Shown here piece by piece: positions 18,193-28,629 of a stretch of DNA of 64,000 nt. How positions within the stretch are numbered: position 1 is the first letter of the stretch; each line of letters begins with the position of its first letter. This DNA comes from an uncultured bacterium (GTDB taxonomy: Bacteria > Chlamydiota > Chlamydiia > Chlamydiales > 2-12-FULL-49-11), in the NCBI GenBank assembly GCA_964552055.1, contig CAZKFL010000005.1:4184-68183 (forward strand), read 5' to 3'. The notes beneath the pieces are model-generated. The model had not been told where the DNA came from. It was given only the letters and a program-made list of their open reading frames with translations, and did not search any database. The position numbers were made by a program, and so were the translations under genes.

Positions 18193-18678
18193 ATGAAAAA
18201 AATACTAGGAATCGATCCCGGCACAAAAATTACTGGCTGGGGAATCATTACCTTTCAAAATAACAGGTATTCATTAATTGACTGCGGCACAATACTGCCG
18301 AACCCAAAAGTCCCCCTCGAGCAAAAATACCTTCACATCTATGACGAACTCACCTCGATTATCCAAATTCACACCCCAGATACGCTCTCTATAGAAAGCC
18401 AATTCATGGATAAAAACTTCCAAAGCGTAAGCCTTATCGCTATGGCGCGGGCCATAGCCTATCTTGCCGCAGCCAAACAAAACCTTCCCATTTTTGAATA
18501 CGCCCCTACTAAAGCAAAAAAAGCGGTAACAGGCAAAGGTAATGCTACAAAAGCAGCTGTTGCCCACATGGTTAAAATCCTCCTGAAACTCCCCCCTCAT
18601 CCCCTTGCTGAAGATACTACTGACGCGCTCGCCCTTGCAATCACCCATGCCCACTTTTCCACAAGGCCAAAAATTTGA
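18193..18678 (+). CDS. ruvC: Holliday junction resolvase RuvC
   Basis: The 161-aa ORF has ILGIDPGTKITGWGII (catalytic Asp block) and DTTDALALAITH near the C-terminus. Confidence 0.92.
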   Translation: MKKILGIDPGTKITGWGIITFQNNRYSLIDCGTILPNPKVPLEQKYLHIYDELTSIIQIHTPDTLSIESQFMDKNFQSVSLIAMARAIAYLAAAKQNLPIFEYAPTKAKKAVTGKGNATKAAVAHMVKILLKLPPHPLAEDTTDALALAITHAHFSTRPKI

Positions 18679-18709
18679 CGGTAATTTTGAGGGGCTGTAT
18701 AGTGGCGTC

Positions 18710-19297
18710 ATGTACGATTCGATTAAAGGGCTTATTGCTCATCTCACCCCTGAATATGCAGTCTTGGAAAATAATGGGATCGGCTACAAGGTCTTTATCC
18801 CGATCTCTTTATATACAAGTGGGATCGCGTTAGGATCTAATTGCCAGCTATTTACAGAACTTGTAGTGCGCGAAGATGATATGAAGCTTTATGGCTTTAT
18901 TTCTAGACAGGAAAGAGAGCTTTTTATGTTACTGACTTCGATTTCAGGAATTGGGGCAAGGACCGCGATTTCAATTATTGGACATGTTTCAGTCAATGAT
19001 CTCCATGATGCTGTTCAGTTAAAAAATACAGCTTTGCTTTGCAAGATTCCAGGGATTGGCAAAAAGAGCGCAGAAAGACTCGTACTTGAATTACGAGATC
19101 GAATTAAACCTGACACGAATACAAAGATCAGCAAAAATGAAAATCATGGCCTGATGAGCGATGCAACTTTAGCTTTAATTCGTCTTGGCTATAATCAAAA
19201 GGTTGCGGAATCAGCCATCAAAAAGGCCATGGATGGCGTTTCTCAAGAAAACATCGGCCTTCCCAAACTCATTACTTCAGCCCTAAAAAACATCTAA
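18710..19297 (+). CDS. ruvA: Holliday junction branch-migration protein RuvA
   Basis: MYDSIKGLIAHLTPEYAVLENNGIGYKVFIP forms the OB-fold N-terminus, and LTSISGIGARTA / IPGIGKKSAERL are HhH motifs. The internal ATG at 18710 is chosen because the track's 18605 start would overlap ruvC. Confidence 0.9.
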   Translation: MYDSIKGLIAHLTPEYAVLENNGIGYKVFIPISLYTSGIALGSNCQLFTELVVREDDMKLYGFISRQERELFMLLTSISGIGARTAISIIGHVSVNDLHDAVQLKNTALLCKIPGIGKKSAERLVLELRDRIKPDTNTKISKNENHGLMSDATLALIRLGYNQKVAESAIKKAMDGVSQENIGLPKLITSALKNI

Positions 19298-19449
19298 CCT
19301 GAATCATGTTTATTGACGACTGCTGCGCGCTGAACTAACAAAATACTATTTACTTGATCGACTGCGCGGAGCAGCAGCCTTTCACGTAACCGTAACCGAC
19401 CCCGTAAGCGTAACCGATTTTCCTTTTTTTAAAGATTTTAACCAGGCTC

Positions 19450-22400
19450 TTAGACTCTAAGGAAGATGGTATGGGGCTCTCTTATTGAGCGAATCTTATA
19501 AATGATATTTTGTAATGTGCTGCTTTGAAGAGAAGTTGATTTATGATGGGGGGAAATAAATGCCTTTAGAGCAGATAAGTCCGCTCTAAGTAGGTAGTCT
19601 GTAAGAATTGCTTCTTCCTTGGCGTCATAATATGTATGGCCAAATAGGAATTTAACTTGTAAAAAGATTTGCTCCAATTCAGGGGATTTTAGCAATTCTT
19701 TATTTACCCGTATTTTTCCTTCAGCAACTATGAGTTTTGTATTGATATCAACAATTGCTTTTATTTCCGTTGGAAGGTTCATTTCACTTCTTTCTTTTCG
19801 CAAAAGTTTGCGCTGCTCTCTAGCTTCCTCCGCAGAAAGAAGGATAAACTGGGTAAAGAGCCCCTCCTCATCAAATACTAATAGTGCTTCTAAAATTGGT
19901 ATTTGGAACTCATCAAAGGCAATCTTAGGAGTTGGCATTAGGTTATTAGATAGGATGATCCTGCGGTCTATTTCTGCGGCTATTGGCCTTATTTGATGAT
20001 TTACATGTCCTTTTAAAACATTTGCAAGTGAAAAGATTGTATGAGAAGCGCTTGGCGTAAGTATCTCGGGCCTTTCTGTATAAGTTAATTTCGAAGGCCA
20101 TTTTTTATGAAGAACAGACTCTCTTTTTTCCCTTTCATGTTTTACATGTTCCTTTACTTCTTGCTTAAGTTCCATTTTTTCTTTTTCCACTTCAAGTTCA
20201 GCTGTTGCCTGTGAAACTGTTACTTGCTGCCTAGCGCTACAATCAATTTTTTCTCGTTTTAAGACAGATTGTGGGTAGAAATTATGACCTATTCTCAGAA
20301 GACGCTCACTAATTTCCAAAAGCTCTCTATCTCGAAATAATGAGCTTGCTTGCGCCTCTCTATATAGGTGGCGCCTTAGATTTTCAAACACCTCAGCAGG
20401 TGTTGCATACACATCAATTCCACCAAAAAAGCGGGTCGGATTACCTGTATTTTCATTTAAGAAAATAGATTTAAATGATCTAATGATTTGTATCATCTTT
20501 TTAACATCTTTAGCTTCTATCGCTTTATCAAGAACTGCTCGCTGTATAACATTATGAAGGGCGGCTATATCAGAAGCAAAATTGTCTTCCAAACTTTCTT
20601 TTCCTTGATTTAAGAGGCAAAACGAAATGATTTTTTCAATTGTTAACTCGTCATCTCCTGCAATAAGCGCCTTTGTATAACCTGTTGTAATAAATTCAAT
20701 ATCTTGGTCTTTTGTTTTTAATCCACGCATTCTCCATATAGCTTGAAAAAGCTCTTCTGCAAGCGTAGATTCACCCACTGTAACAACTGCTTTGGTCTGA
20801 ATTCCTTGAACAATGTCTGCCGCGAATGTATGGCTTTGATCAAAGTAGGTAAGCCGATCTTCTGGAGGTATTTTACTCTCTTTAAAAGGCATTGGGGCTC
20901 CCCTTCCTTTTTCCCAAATCATCTGCTCTTTTTTTACATTATAAAATACGACTGCTTTAAGATCTGTTTTTTCGATGTGTCTTAAAAGAGTTCTTGCAAC
21001 AATCTCGTTTGATATCCCATTAAAAACAGCGCCCCTATCAATAATTGCTTTAAAACTAGAGCCTTTAGCAAAGAATCTGACGCAAATTTCATCTAATGCT
21101 TTGGAGGGGGCATCATCTAAAAGTGTATGACAAAGAGAATTTCTCTCCACAAGAAGAGAAACCGTCTCCCCTTGTGTTCCAGGATCTTTAAGCACAACTG
21201 AACCTTCAGGATAGGTTCCTGCATTATAAGGAGAAGCTGTGTAGCCGCTAAAACTTTTAAACATGGATGCCAAATTGTGGGCATTGTTAGAAATACTGTA
21301 ATTATAATACCGAATCTGGTCCCGTACATGAATTCTGCAGTAGTCAAGGACAATAAAATCTGATTGATTTAGATTTTCATAAATAGCATCTTTTTCAAGA
21401 GGTGAGAATGAAAAAAGGTCATGCCCTTTAGAATGGGTTTTAAAATAATTCCCTGCTTCCGTGTGATTCAGCATATCTAATGTATGGCCTGGAACTCTAT
21501 CTAGCTCTGCCTTTGCTTTTGCTTTTAGACTATCTATAAATTTATCTAACTGCGTTTTATTCAATCTATCGGAAAGGAAGAGAATAGCTGTCTTTAAAAA
21601 GGCTGAAAATTGAATCTTATAGGTGGACTCAACTTCTGGATTTTCGTTACCATCAGATGGTTTTGCAAATTCTTCACTTCCTTCCTTAAGAGTCGCATAA
21701 TTGACATGGACAATTTCTGAAAGAATACTTGGAAGAAGGGTATTTAGAGCTCCTTTAATAAGATCGATTCGCTCATCACTTTCTTTGTAGAATGCCTCAT
21801 TCAAAAAATAGCGCTCTATTGCTTCATTACCCCTTGATAAGACTCTTGCAAGAAGAGGCAATATATCCCTTTTATAATCTTCTTCTTTAATTCTTCGCGG
21901 AGTTTCTGATCTTAAAGATAAAACGTCAAGAAGAGCTAACATCACCTCTTCAAGAATTTCTGCGTGCTCCTTTGCAAGGGGTTTTGCTATTCCAAGTGGG
22001 TAGTTTAGCTCTGTTTTCCGATCAAATTCAATGTGAGCCTCATCAATATTAACGTTTGCATGTTTTCTGAGTTTAAATAAAATCTTTTGGAAAAGCTCTA
22101 ATCTTTCAAGCCAGCTACTTTTATCTTCTTTTTCAAAACTGCCTAAAACATCTAATCCTTCTTCTAAAAACCGTAGTTGTAATGCCTGAAACTGCTCTTT
22201 AGTTCCGTCCCAAATCCCTCTTCTTTCTATCATCTCATCTATATGAAGATTGAGCGCTTCTAATCTTTCTACTGTCCAACCAGATCTTGTGAGCGGAATT
22301 ACACTTGTTATTTGCTCAAAAAGCTCAAAAGAAACCTCTGCACTTTTTTCCGTTGCACTGAGAGCAATTGCGCTTGGACGAAGATTAATCACAATACTTT

Positions 22401-25400
22401 CGCAATCAGCATCAATGACATCCTTAATCGGCATAAGTGTTGCAGTCTTGCCAATTCCCATAATCGCTTCACATACTTTTCTAGGATCTGCAGAGTTAAG
22501 CAAATTGATCAAAGGCCCATACTGCCTTTGCCAAATAAGGGTCTCGGCCTTTGCTTCAAAAACAAGAAAAACTCGTAAATGTCTTTCTGAGATTTCATTG
22601 AATTTATAAGCTCTTTTTACAGATGACCGTTTGAAATAAGCGTTCCACCTTGAACGAGAGACTAGATGGAGGGTGATTTTCTGATCATATTTTGTTTTAT
22701 GACCCATAACATAATGAATGAGAATTTCTCTAAATGGTAAACCTATTAAGCTTTCTAACTCACTTTCCTCCATTGCAAGACTTTCAAAAATAGTTTTCTT
22801 ATCACCAACAAATTTATGTGTAACTCCTGAATATTGCGGTAATTCAGTGTATAGAGTAATACTTTCATTGAGTTTTTCAAATTCCCTTGCAATCGCCGCA
22901 TCACTTGTTAATGGGTATACAAATTGGAAAGGTCTATTAGCAACCCATTCAATTCTTTCTCCTCCTTGCAAGGTTAACTGTTCATCAATTTCTGCCTCCC
23001 TCCTAGAAAGCTCTGCAAAAGCCTCTCCACTAATAGCTTCTTTTAAAATGGAAGGTTTTTCTGCGGGTTTAGGAAGATCTGGGAGCGCTACTTTTTGAAT
23101 CAGCCGAACTGCTTTATAAGTTGTATGTCCCATTTTGATACCGCGAAGTAGGGGGCTTACATAAAAAGGAAGTGCTTTTAAAACAGTTGAGCCGATATAT
23201 GAAGTGATCTTATTTAAAGCAAAAGATTTGGTAACGCTTTTTAACACACTGAAACCAACTTTTGGCAATATCGAACGAAGAACAGTTTTTGTGGTACAAA
23301 GCCGAATTAAGCGCTTTTGTACAGTTTTACAAACTAGCGAACTTGGGTGAGGAAATATAAGCTTTGGATGACTTGATTTTGATAGAGTCTTAAGTATAAA
23401 AAAGAGCAGCCCGATTGATTTATCAGAAAATTTCCCATGGAACTGCTGAATCGTTTTAGCTAATTTTTCATGACCCTCTTCTTTGTTATACAAAATGAAG
23501 TAATACCTAATAAAACGATTATGAAGAGAGTTTGGAGTAAGTGCGCTCCGATTTAGTGGAACCTTATAAAACATTGCATTAGGGACAAACAAAAGAGCTG
23601 TCTTATCACTAAAAAGAGTTGTCTCATCACTAAAAAGAGTTGAGAGATACGGGTGATCCATAGCATCTAAAAGTTTTGGCATATAGGAAGTGGTAGTACT
23701 TTGCTCTAAAAAAGGCAAGGATGGCAAGGACTTCAAGAAGGGCAGTGAAGGCACTGTAAAATCACAGCTATCACTATCTGTCAATTTATGAATAAGAGCT
23801 CTTTCTGCTTTATAGCGCCAAGAACTATGTTGATCTCCATGTATTCTTCTAAGAAGTTGGTAGCGAAGACTACAGACAGGCAGCATAGCGAGATTTCTTA
23901 CGCAATGTTTAAATGGGTCAAGCTGCGCTGGAATCTTACAATGAGCAGTTATATACTTTAAAATAAATAGTTCGTCATATTCAGTTAGAAATTTTTTCCC
24001 TTCCGTAATATACGAGCTATATACAGATTGAATCATTGCCCAAAGAGCCATTTCAATTTGCAAATTCTCCTCTTTAATAGGCGCTACACTCTGAAGAAGG
24101 GTGTTTTTATGTAAAATTGCAACCAATTTGAGAAAAATGGGAGCCCTGCTATTCATCGAAAATTCCAAAAATAAAATACATTTGATATATTCTTGTGTAT
24201 CTTTACAAAATGGTTTTCTATGAGCAATACGAGCTAACCCGCTAAGGCTGAGTAAAGCATTTTTTTTATCTTTTCTCGTAATATAATGCAGAGTAAGAAA
24301 GGCCATTGCTGCGGGCTCTTCAGAAGTAAGCTCTCCCTTTTCATTAAATGAATAACTATAATATTTCGAAGCAAAAAAACTAGCAGTAGCTACTTTTTCA
24401 AGGAAAGTAGAAAGAAACGCTTTTTGCTCATGCATAAAGTGTTTTCCAAAAATCACTTTAATATCTGGGACCGGAATACAAATACGCCGCTCTAAAGTTG
24501 CCTCTGATTCGAGCACTAAATAATTTACAAAAGCTGAAAGCCTTACATCCTTTTGAACCTTAGATAAAGCGTAAGAACTTAATTGAGGATCCCTTGGATA
24601 GGCGCTGTACTTTCCCCCCTCTTCTCTTACATCGAAAATCAACTTCATGGTATTAAATTCGATACTTTTAACAAAATTCCCTTTGCAAATGATTTTTACG
24701 TCATCCAAAGATTGGAACCAACTTAAAAGATGCAGATGATGCCCTTCTATAGCTGGATCTAAAACCCATTCATCCAAAACTGTGCTCTGTAAAGCAGATT
24801 GGTTTTCCCCATTACTTATAGGAGGAGTGGGGATTCGCGGTTTTTTTCTTCGTTCTAATACATACCCCTTCCAAGAAAAAATAAGTTCTTTTGCCCGAAC
24901 AAAATCATCTTGAAGTAACTTAGGTACGTTTTCTAAATTATAAATATCAATTATAGAATCTAATATAAGTACTAGATCCTCAATTTCAGCTTTAATGGAA
25001 TCAGGGGCATTTTCAGGTAAATAGTCTAAATACATTCCCGCAATTACAAATTTCGATAGGTTTGAACTAAAATTCTCTTTTATAATAGCGCTAAAATCCG
25101 GTGTATGCTTACGTATTTCAGGATCATGATCTGCAGCAAGCGCTATAAAATCACCTGCCACATGAGCAACAAATAAGGCGATATCCTCGTTTTTTGAAAC
25201 TTCTTCAAATAACTTTAAAAATGCATAACCAATCTCTCTTAATAAAGAGTTTCGCTCATCAAAAGCAGCTTTTATTAAAGAGGGTCTTAAAACAAACGTC
25301 TGAAAATGGAAAGCAACTGCAGGCTTTGTTAAGGATATTGGATTTTGTCGAATTAAGCTAATACCCCTTACAATTTGATCTGATGGAACAAGTTCTGCCA

Positions 25401-28400
25401 TATCAATAAGAAACTGGAGGTCTCTTTCAACTTCATAAATATATTGAGGCATGCTAACAACTAGCTCACTTTGAGTTAGGCCTCTTTTTTGATAACCTCG
25501 AGTGAAAAATGGAAATTTTGCAGATCTAAAATTTGGTAGCTGCTCTGAAGTCCAAATTTTATGCTCAGTAAAAAGCCCTCCAGTTGCTCTCCTAAATCTT
25601 GCTTGCATCGGAAAATAAACTTCATCTTTCAGCCAAGTAAAACGTGGTAGCCCCACAATATTGTTAGCGCCATCATCTGAAGAATGATAACATAAAAGCG
25701 CTCGATATGCAATTACATGTATTTGCCTTAAATAATAATACGGTTTTAATTCGGGGCACTCGCAAAATAGATAAAGAGCCTTCTCTGACTCTAACTTTGA
25801 AGGATCTATAATTGATGCAATGTCTGGTAATCTTCCTATCAGGGCAGTTGCAAGCTTAGCCCTAGGAACTCTTAACAAATATTGCTCATCTACTTTAGGA
25901 AGATGCGCATGAGATAGCTGCTCAGTGAATTCAAATAAAGCAGGAGGGAACGAATCTTCTATTTTATAAATTTGATCCGGATCTCCCTTGAAATAAGCAG
26001 AAATTGCTCTTTGCTTCATTCTTGTTCTTGCTCGTATCGCTCGTACGCCCGAAGAATTTTGCCAAAGTAGGAATGTTCGTCCATTTGCTAAATACGTCTT
26101 AGGAATTCTAAAGGTTGTTTTAGGGTGCTTTGCTACCCTATCCATAGCGACATAAATTGTATATAAAGAAATTACCAACTCGATTTTTTCATCAATAGTA
26201 AGTCCGGAATCAAAAAACCAACGCAATAAATTGTGCAAACCTTCCAATACTGCATCAGGATTATCTATCTCATCCCAAATCTCCGATTGAGGTTCACCCG
26301 GAATGGGCAAATTCCGCAATTGCTGATTGAGAAAGTGGCCCCACTGCCTTGGAGTCTTCAAAGAAAGTATTATAGAGTTCCATTCTTCTAGTATACCCAC
26401 CAAATTTTCACTAGTAATCGGTGTAATTTCCAAATACCTTACAACTCTATCCTCCTCATCAATTTCCGCAACAGGAATAGGAGGCGTGTTACTAATCACA
26501 GGGGAACTGCTACTTTGCTGCGTATTAAGAGGAGCGCTTTTTCTAGTAACTCTAAAATCAAGTTCCCCACCTCTTGTAAATTCACTTTGAAGGGCTAATA
26601 ATTTCCCTTTGATATCGTCTAAGAACTCCTTACTAAGAATCATACGAGAACCAAATCTAAGAAGCATGACGGTGATATGTCGTTCAATTGCTTTAAGAGT
26701 TTCGTGATAAATCGTAAATATTTTGACTACCGGCTCAATCCAATTAGGTGGAAGGTACCTAGCAAGAACCGGAACGCCATACATTAAAAGAAGACTGCAT
26801 AAATATCGTACTGGCACTGAAAGAACTAAATTCAAACCGGGTAAAGCAAATGTAATGAGGTTTACCAAGCAATCTAAAATTACGGTCCAGGATACCCATT
26901 CTGCCATAAACGTAGAAACTCTAGATGCAAGCCGGTAAAGATGAAGAAGAGAAATGCGCATGCCTTTAATTTCAGAAATAAAATTTTTATGAAAATTTTC
27001 TGAAATTTTTCTTGATGAGGTTACCTCTGCCTTACTCGGACCTTGTTTAGAAATTCGCTTTGGGATTTCTTCTAAAAGTTCATTTAATGCCTCTGTAGTA
27101 TCTTTTCCTAAAACGGCACTAAGAACTTCCTTTAAATAGACGATATCTGAAGCATTTGGCCCTAAATCCTCTACAAGCCTCTGAATAAATGGGGGAAGAA
27201 TTGTCAATTCCTTTTCACTACGAAGGATAGGCAAGGCAGCTATTTCCTCTCTACTTTTTGACTCAAAAAGATCTGCAATTAATGCAGACTCAATTTTCCG
27301 TCCAGAAAATGACTCCAGCATTGCAAAAGTTGATTTGCAATTCATTTGCGGCCTAATTGTTTTCCCTTTTATTTGAAGAAGATCATTTAAAGTTAAGACA
27401 ACATCTTTAACTGTGTACTCTATCGCCTCACCTCGTTCAACGCAGCTAGATAAGTGAAGAAATGCTGCCCAAAACCTAGTCCCAATCATCTTCTTAGGAA
27501 CGTGTGAGTAGGTTAGCGGAAGTTTTACACCATCTAATCTACCCGCACTATCATCACCATGGATTGTTACAGAATAGTAAGATTCAGACTCACAATTTAC
27601 CTCAATCCAAAACTCATTATTACTTACGCTTGCAAGACCTGCTGCTTCTAATGGCCCCTGCATAAAGGGAGGCGCAAGATCAGACATCTCTTTAATTAGA
27701 CCATTTGCAGAACTCTGAAGCCGCTCGTAAATAGCTGAAAATCCAGATTCGAAAGATTTCTTTAAAACCTTTTCTACGCTTTCATCCATTACTTTTTGTA
27801 AAACGCTGCCTTTTAAACGCTCACCCAAAACTTCATTATAATCTTTTCTTAAACTTTCAATAACAGCTGGATATAGCTTTTCAGGAAGTACTTTTTGCAG
27901 CCCAAGAGATGCTTCCTTCATCCCGGCATAAAGCATTTCTTTATACCCTTCAATACCTTGACTTAACTCTCTAATATCGCTATTTTCAAGAAATTCCTTT
28001 TCTATCTCATCAATGAACTTTTTTGGGTCTTGAATTAGGTTCAGTGCCATTTCAGGCACAATACCCTTCCAAAATGGTGGGACTTGCATCGGTTTCCTAA
28101 TACGCCCAATAAATACAAAGGATCTACCCACACTTTCTTTTTTAGCCTTTATGGAAAGCTCTCTAGCAGTTATAGCAGAAGTTGCTACTCTGTTTTTTAG
28201 CTGAAGTGCTGCTCTAAATGTCTCAAAAATTCCATGAGGAAAAGCAGCTCCTCTCTCTAATAAAAATCGAATTAACTCTAAAACAACATCGCTATCAAAA
28301 CTTCCATCTACAATAGCTCTCCGAACTCTAAAAGTAGCAGGTGCCTTAGATCTATCATAAGAGGCACCAATAATTCCTTGAACAATGCCTACTCTAGCGG

Positions 28401-28473
28401 GTATTAATGAATCATCGGGTCGAATTCCAATTGTTCCGAATATACCAGGTCTTTTAGATCCATCAACTACCAT
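19450..28473 (-). CDS. Giant protein A (3007 aa): N-terminal region, hydrophobic hairpin, long helical region, SF2/SNF2-like NTPase motif set; function unknown
   Basis: This is an uninterrupted 9-kb ORF. The hydrophobic hairpin FMAEWVSWTVILDCLVNLITFALPGLNLVLSVPVRYLCSLLLMYGVPVLA lies at aa ~522-570 (26767-26913). NTPase motifs are Walker A IMGIGKTATLMP (22444-22461), DEAH in NIDEAHIEF (22033-22044), FSGYTAS, and the motif VI-like FQAIWRMRGLKT (20719-20745). It is colinear with the ORF at 28630-37464. Confidence 0.85.
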   Translation of the reverse strand: MVVDGSKRPGIFGTIGIRPDDSLIPARVGIVQGIIGASYDRSKAPATFRVRRAIVDGSFDSDVVLELIRFLLERGAAFPHGIFETFRAALQLKNRVATSAITARELSIKAKKESVGRSFVFIGRIRKPMQVPPFWKGIVPEMALNLIQDPKKFIDEIEKEFLENSDIRELSQGIEGYKEMLYAGMKEASLGLQKVLPEKLYPAVIESLRKDYNEVLGERLKGSVLQKVMDESVEKVLKKSFESGFSAIYERLQSSANGLIKEMSDLAPPFMQGPLEAAGLASVSNNEFWIEVNCESESYYSVTIHGDDSAGRLDGVKLPLTYSHVPKKMIGTRFWAAFLHLSSCVERGEAIEYTVKDVVLTLNDLLQIKGKTIRPQMNCKSTFAMLESFSGRKIESALIADLFESKSREEIAALPILRSEKELTILPPFIQRLVEDLGPNASDIVYLKEVLSAVLGKDTTEALNELLEEIPKRISKQGPSKAEVTSSRKISENFHKNFISEIKGMRISLLHLYRLASRVSTFMAEWVSWTVILDCLVNLITFALPGLNLVLSVPVRYLCSLLLMYGVPVLARYLPPNWIEPVVKIFTIYHETLKAIERHITVMLLRFGSRMILSKEFLDDIKGKLLALQSEFTRGGELDFRVTRKSAPLNTQQSSSSPVISNTPPIPVAEIDEEDRVVRYLEITPITSENLVGILEEWNSIILSLKTPRQWGHFLNQQLRNLPIPGEPQSEIWDEIDNPDAVLEGLHNLLRWFFDSGLTIDEKIELVISLYTIYVAMDRVAKHPKTTFRIPKTYLANGRTFLLWQNSSGVRAIRARTRMKQRAISAYFKGDPDQIYKIEDSFPPALFEFTEQLSHAHLPKVDEQYLLRVPRAKLATALIGRLPDIASIIDPSKLESEKALYLFCECPELKPYYYLRQIHVIAYRALLCYHSSDDGANNIVGLPRFTWLKDEVYFPMQARFRRATGGLFTEHKIWTSEQLPNFRSAKFPFFTRGYQKRGLTQSELVVSMPQYIYEVERDLQFLIDMAELVPSDQIVRGISLIRQNPISLTKPAVAFHFQTFVLRPSLIKAAFDERNSLLREIGYAFLKLFEEVSKNEDIALFVAHVAGDFIALAADHDPEIRKHTPDFSAIIKENFSSNLSKFVIAGMYLDYLPENAPDSIKAEIEDLVLILDSIIDIYNLENVPKLLQDDFVRAKELIFSWKGYVLERRKKPRIPTPPISNGENQSALQSTVLDEWVLDPAIEGHHLHLLSWFQSLDDVKIICKGNFVKSIEFNTMKLIFDVREEGGKYSAYPRDPQLSSYALSKVQKDVRLSAFVNYLVLESEATLERRICIPVPDIKVIFGKHFMHEQKAFLSTFLEKVATASFFASKYYSYSFNEKGELTSEEPAAMAFLTLHYITRKDKKNALLSLSGLARIAHRKPFCKDTQEYIKCILFLEFSMNSRAPIFLKLVAILHKNTLLQSVAPIKEENLQIEMALWAMIQSVYSSYITEGKKFLTEYDELFILKYITAHCKIPAQLDPFKHCVRNLAMLPVCSLRYQLLRRIHGDQHSSWRYKAERALIHKLTDSDSCDFTVPSLPFLKSLPSLPFLEQSTTTSYMPKLLDAMDHPYLSTLFSDETTLFSDKTALLFVPNAMFYKVPLNRSALTPNSLHNRFIRYYFILYNKEEGHEKLAKTIQQFHGKFSDKSIGLLFFILKTLSKSSHPKLIFPHPSSLVCKTVQKRLIRLCTTKTVLRSILPKVGFSVLKSVTKSFALNKITSYIGSTVLKALPFYVSPLLRGIKMGHTTYKAVRLIQKVALPDLPKPAEKPSILKEAISGEAFAELSRREAEIDEQLTLQGGERIEWVANRPFQFVYPLTSDAAIAREFEKLNESITLYTELPQYSGVTHKFVGDKKTIFESLAMEESELESLIGLPFREILIHYVMGHKTKYDQKITLHLVSRSRWNAYFKRSSVKRAYKFNEISERHLRVFLVFEAKAETLIWQRQYGPLINLLNSADPRKVCEAIMGIGKTATLMPIKDVIDADCESIVINLRPSAIALSATEKSAEVSFELFEQITSVIPLTRSGWTVERLEALNLHIDEMIERRGIWDGTKEQFQALQLRFLEEGLDVLGSFEKEDKSSWLERLELFQKILFKLRKHANVNIDEAHIEFDRKTELNYPLGIAKPLAKEHAEILEEVMLALLDVLSLRSETPRRIKEEDYKRDILPLLARVLSRGNEAIERYFLNEAFYKESDERIDLIKGALNTLLPSILSEIVHVNYATLKEGSEEFAKPSDGNENPEVESTYKIQFSAFLKTAILFLSDRLNKTQLDKFIDSLKAKAKAELDRVPGHTLDMLNHTEAGNYFKTHSKGHDLFSFSPLEKDAIYENLNQSDFIVLDYCRIHVRDQIRYYNYSISNNAHNLASMFKSFSGYTASPYNAGTYPEGSVVLKDPGTQGETVSLLVERNSLCHTLLDDAPSKALDEICVRFFAKGSSFKAIIDRGAVFNGISNEIVARTLLRHIEKTDLKAVVFYNVKKEQMIWEKGRGAPMPFKESKIPPEDRLTYFDQSHTFAADIVQGIQTKAVVTVGESTLAEELFQAIWRMRGLKTKDQDIEFITTGYTKALIAGDDELTIEKIISFCLLNQGKESLEDNFASDIAALHNVIQRAVLDKAIEAKDVKKMIQIIRSFKSIFLNENTGNPTRFFGGIDVYATPAEVFENLRRHLYREAQASSLFRDRELLEISERLLRIGHNFYPQSVLKREKIDCSARQQVTVSQATAELEVEKEKMELKQEVKEHVKHEREKRESVLHKKWPSKLTYTERPEILTPSASHTIFSLANVLKGHVNHQIRPIAAEIDRRIILSNNLMPTPKIAFDEFQIPILEALLVFDEEGLFTQFILLSAEEAREQRKLLRKERSEMNLPTEIKAIVDINTKLIVAEGKIRVNKELLKSPELEQIFLQVKFLFGHTYYDAKEEAILTDYLLRADLSALKAFISPHHKSTSLQSSTLQNIIYKIRSIREPHTIFLRV

Positions 28474-28629
28474 AATTCAATAATTATAGAACAATAACAT
28501 AAGGCGAAACAAGAGTTAAAATATAATATAAATAATATAAATTATTTTACTGAATGTTAAGCCTATTATTTATTTTAAATTAAATTGAATGTTTCGCTTC
28601 AAAAGCTATTATGATATAATCGCTTTATT
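28474..28629. promoter_or_regulatory. Shared divergent control region of the two giant genes, with mirrored TGTTTCGC box and TATAAT
   Basis: For the minus-strand gene, TATAAT is the reverse complement of 28483-28488, 9 nt from the ATG, and TGTTTCGC is the reverse complement of 28504-28511. For the plus-strand gene, TGTTTCGC lies at 28590-28597 and TATAAT at 28615-28620, also 9 nt from the ATG. The core between them is AT-rich, and neither gene has a Shine-Dalgarno sequence. Confidence 0.55.

Noticed and set aside
18605-18709. An N-terminal extension of ruvA from the track's start at 18605.
   Set aside because: The extension overlaps the last 74 nt of ruvC and encodes non-RuvA-like sequence. 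The conserved RuvA N-terminus begins at the ATG at 18710.
19298-19449. A GTAACCG x3 cluster and a weak GC-rich dyad (gactgctgcgcgc / gcgcggagcagc) lie between the convergent ruvA and giant A genes, followed by a T-run.
   Set aside because: I considered a bidirectional terminator. However, the dyad is bulged with a ~35-nt loop, and the heptamer repeats do not form a hairpin. The evidence is too weak to annotate.
22250-23098. Plus-strand ORFs of 88-126 aa lie inside giant A, with similar antisense ORFs inside giant B (e.g. 31297-32090).
   Set aside because: They are antisense to long, paralogue-supported coding regions, and they have no motifs or start signals.
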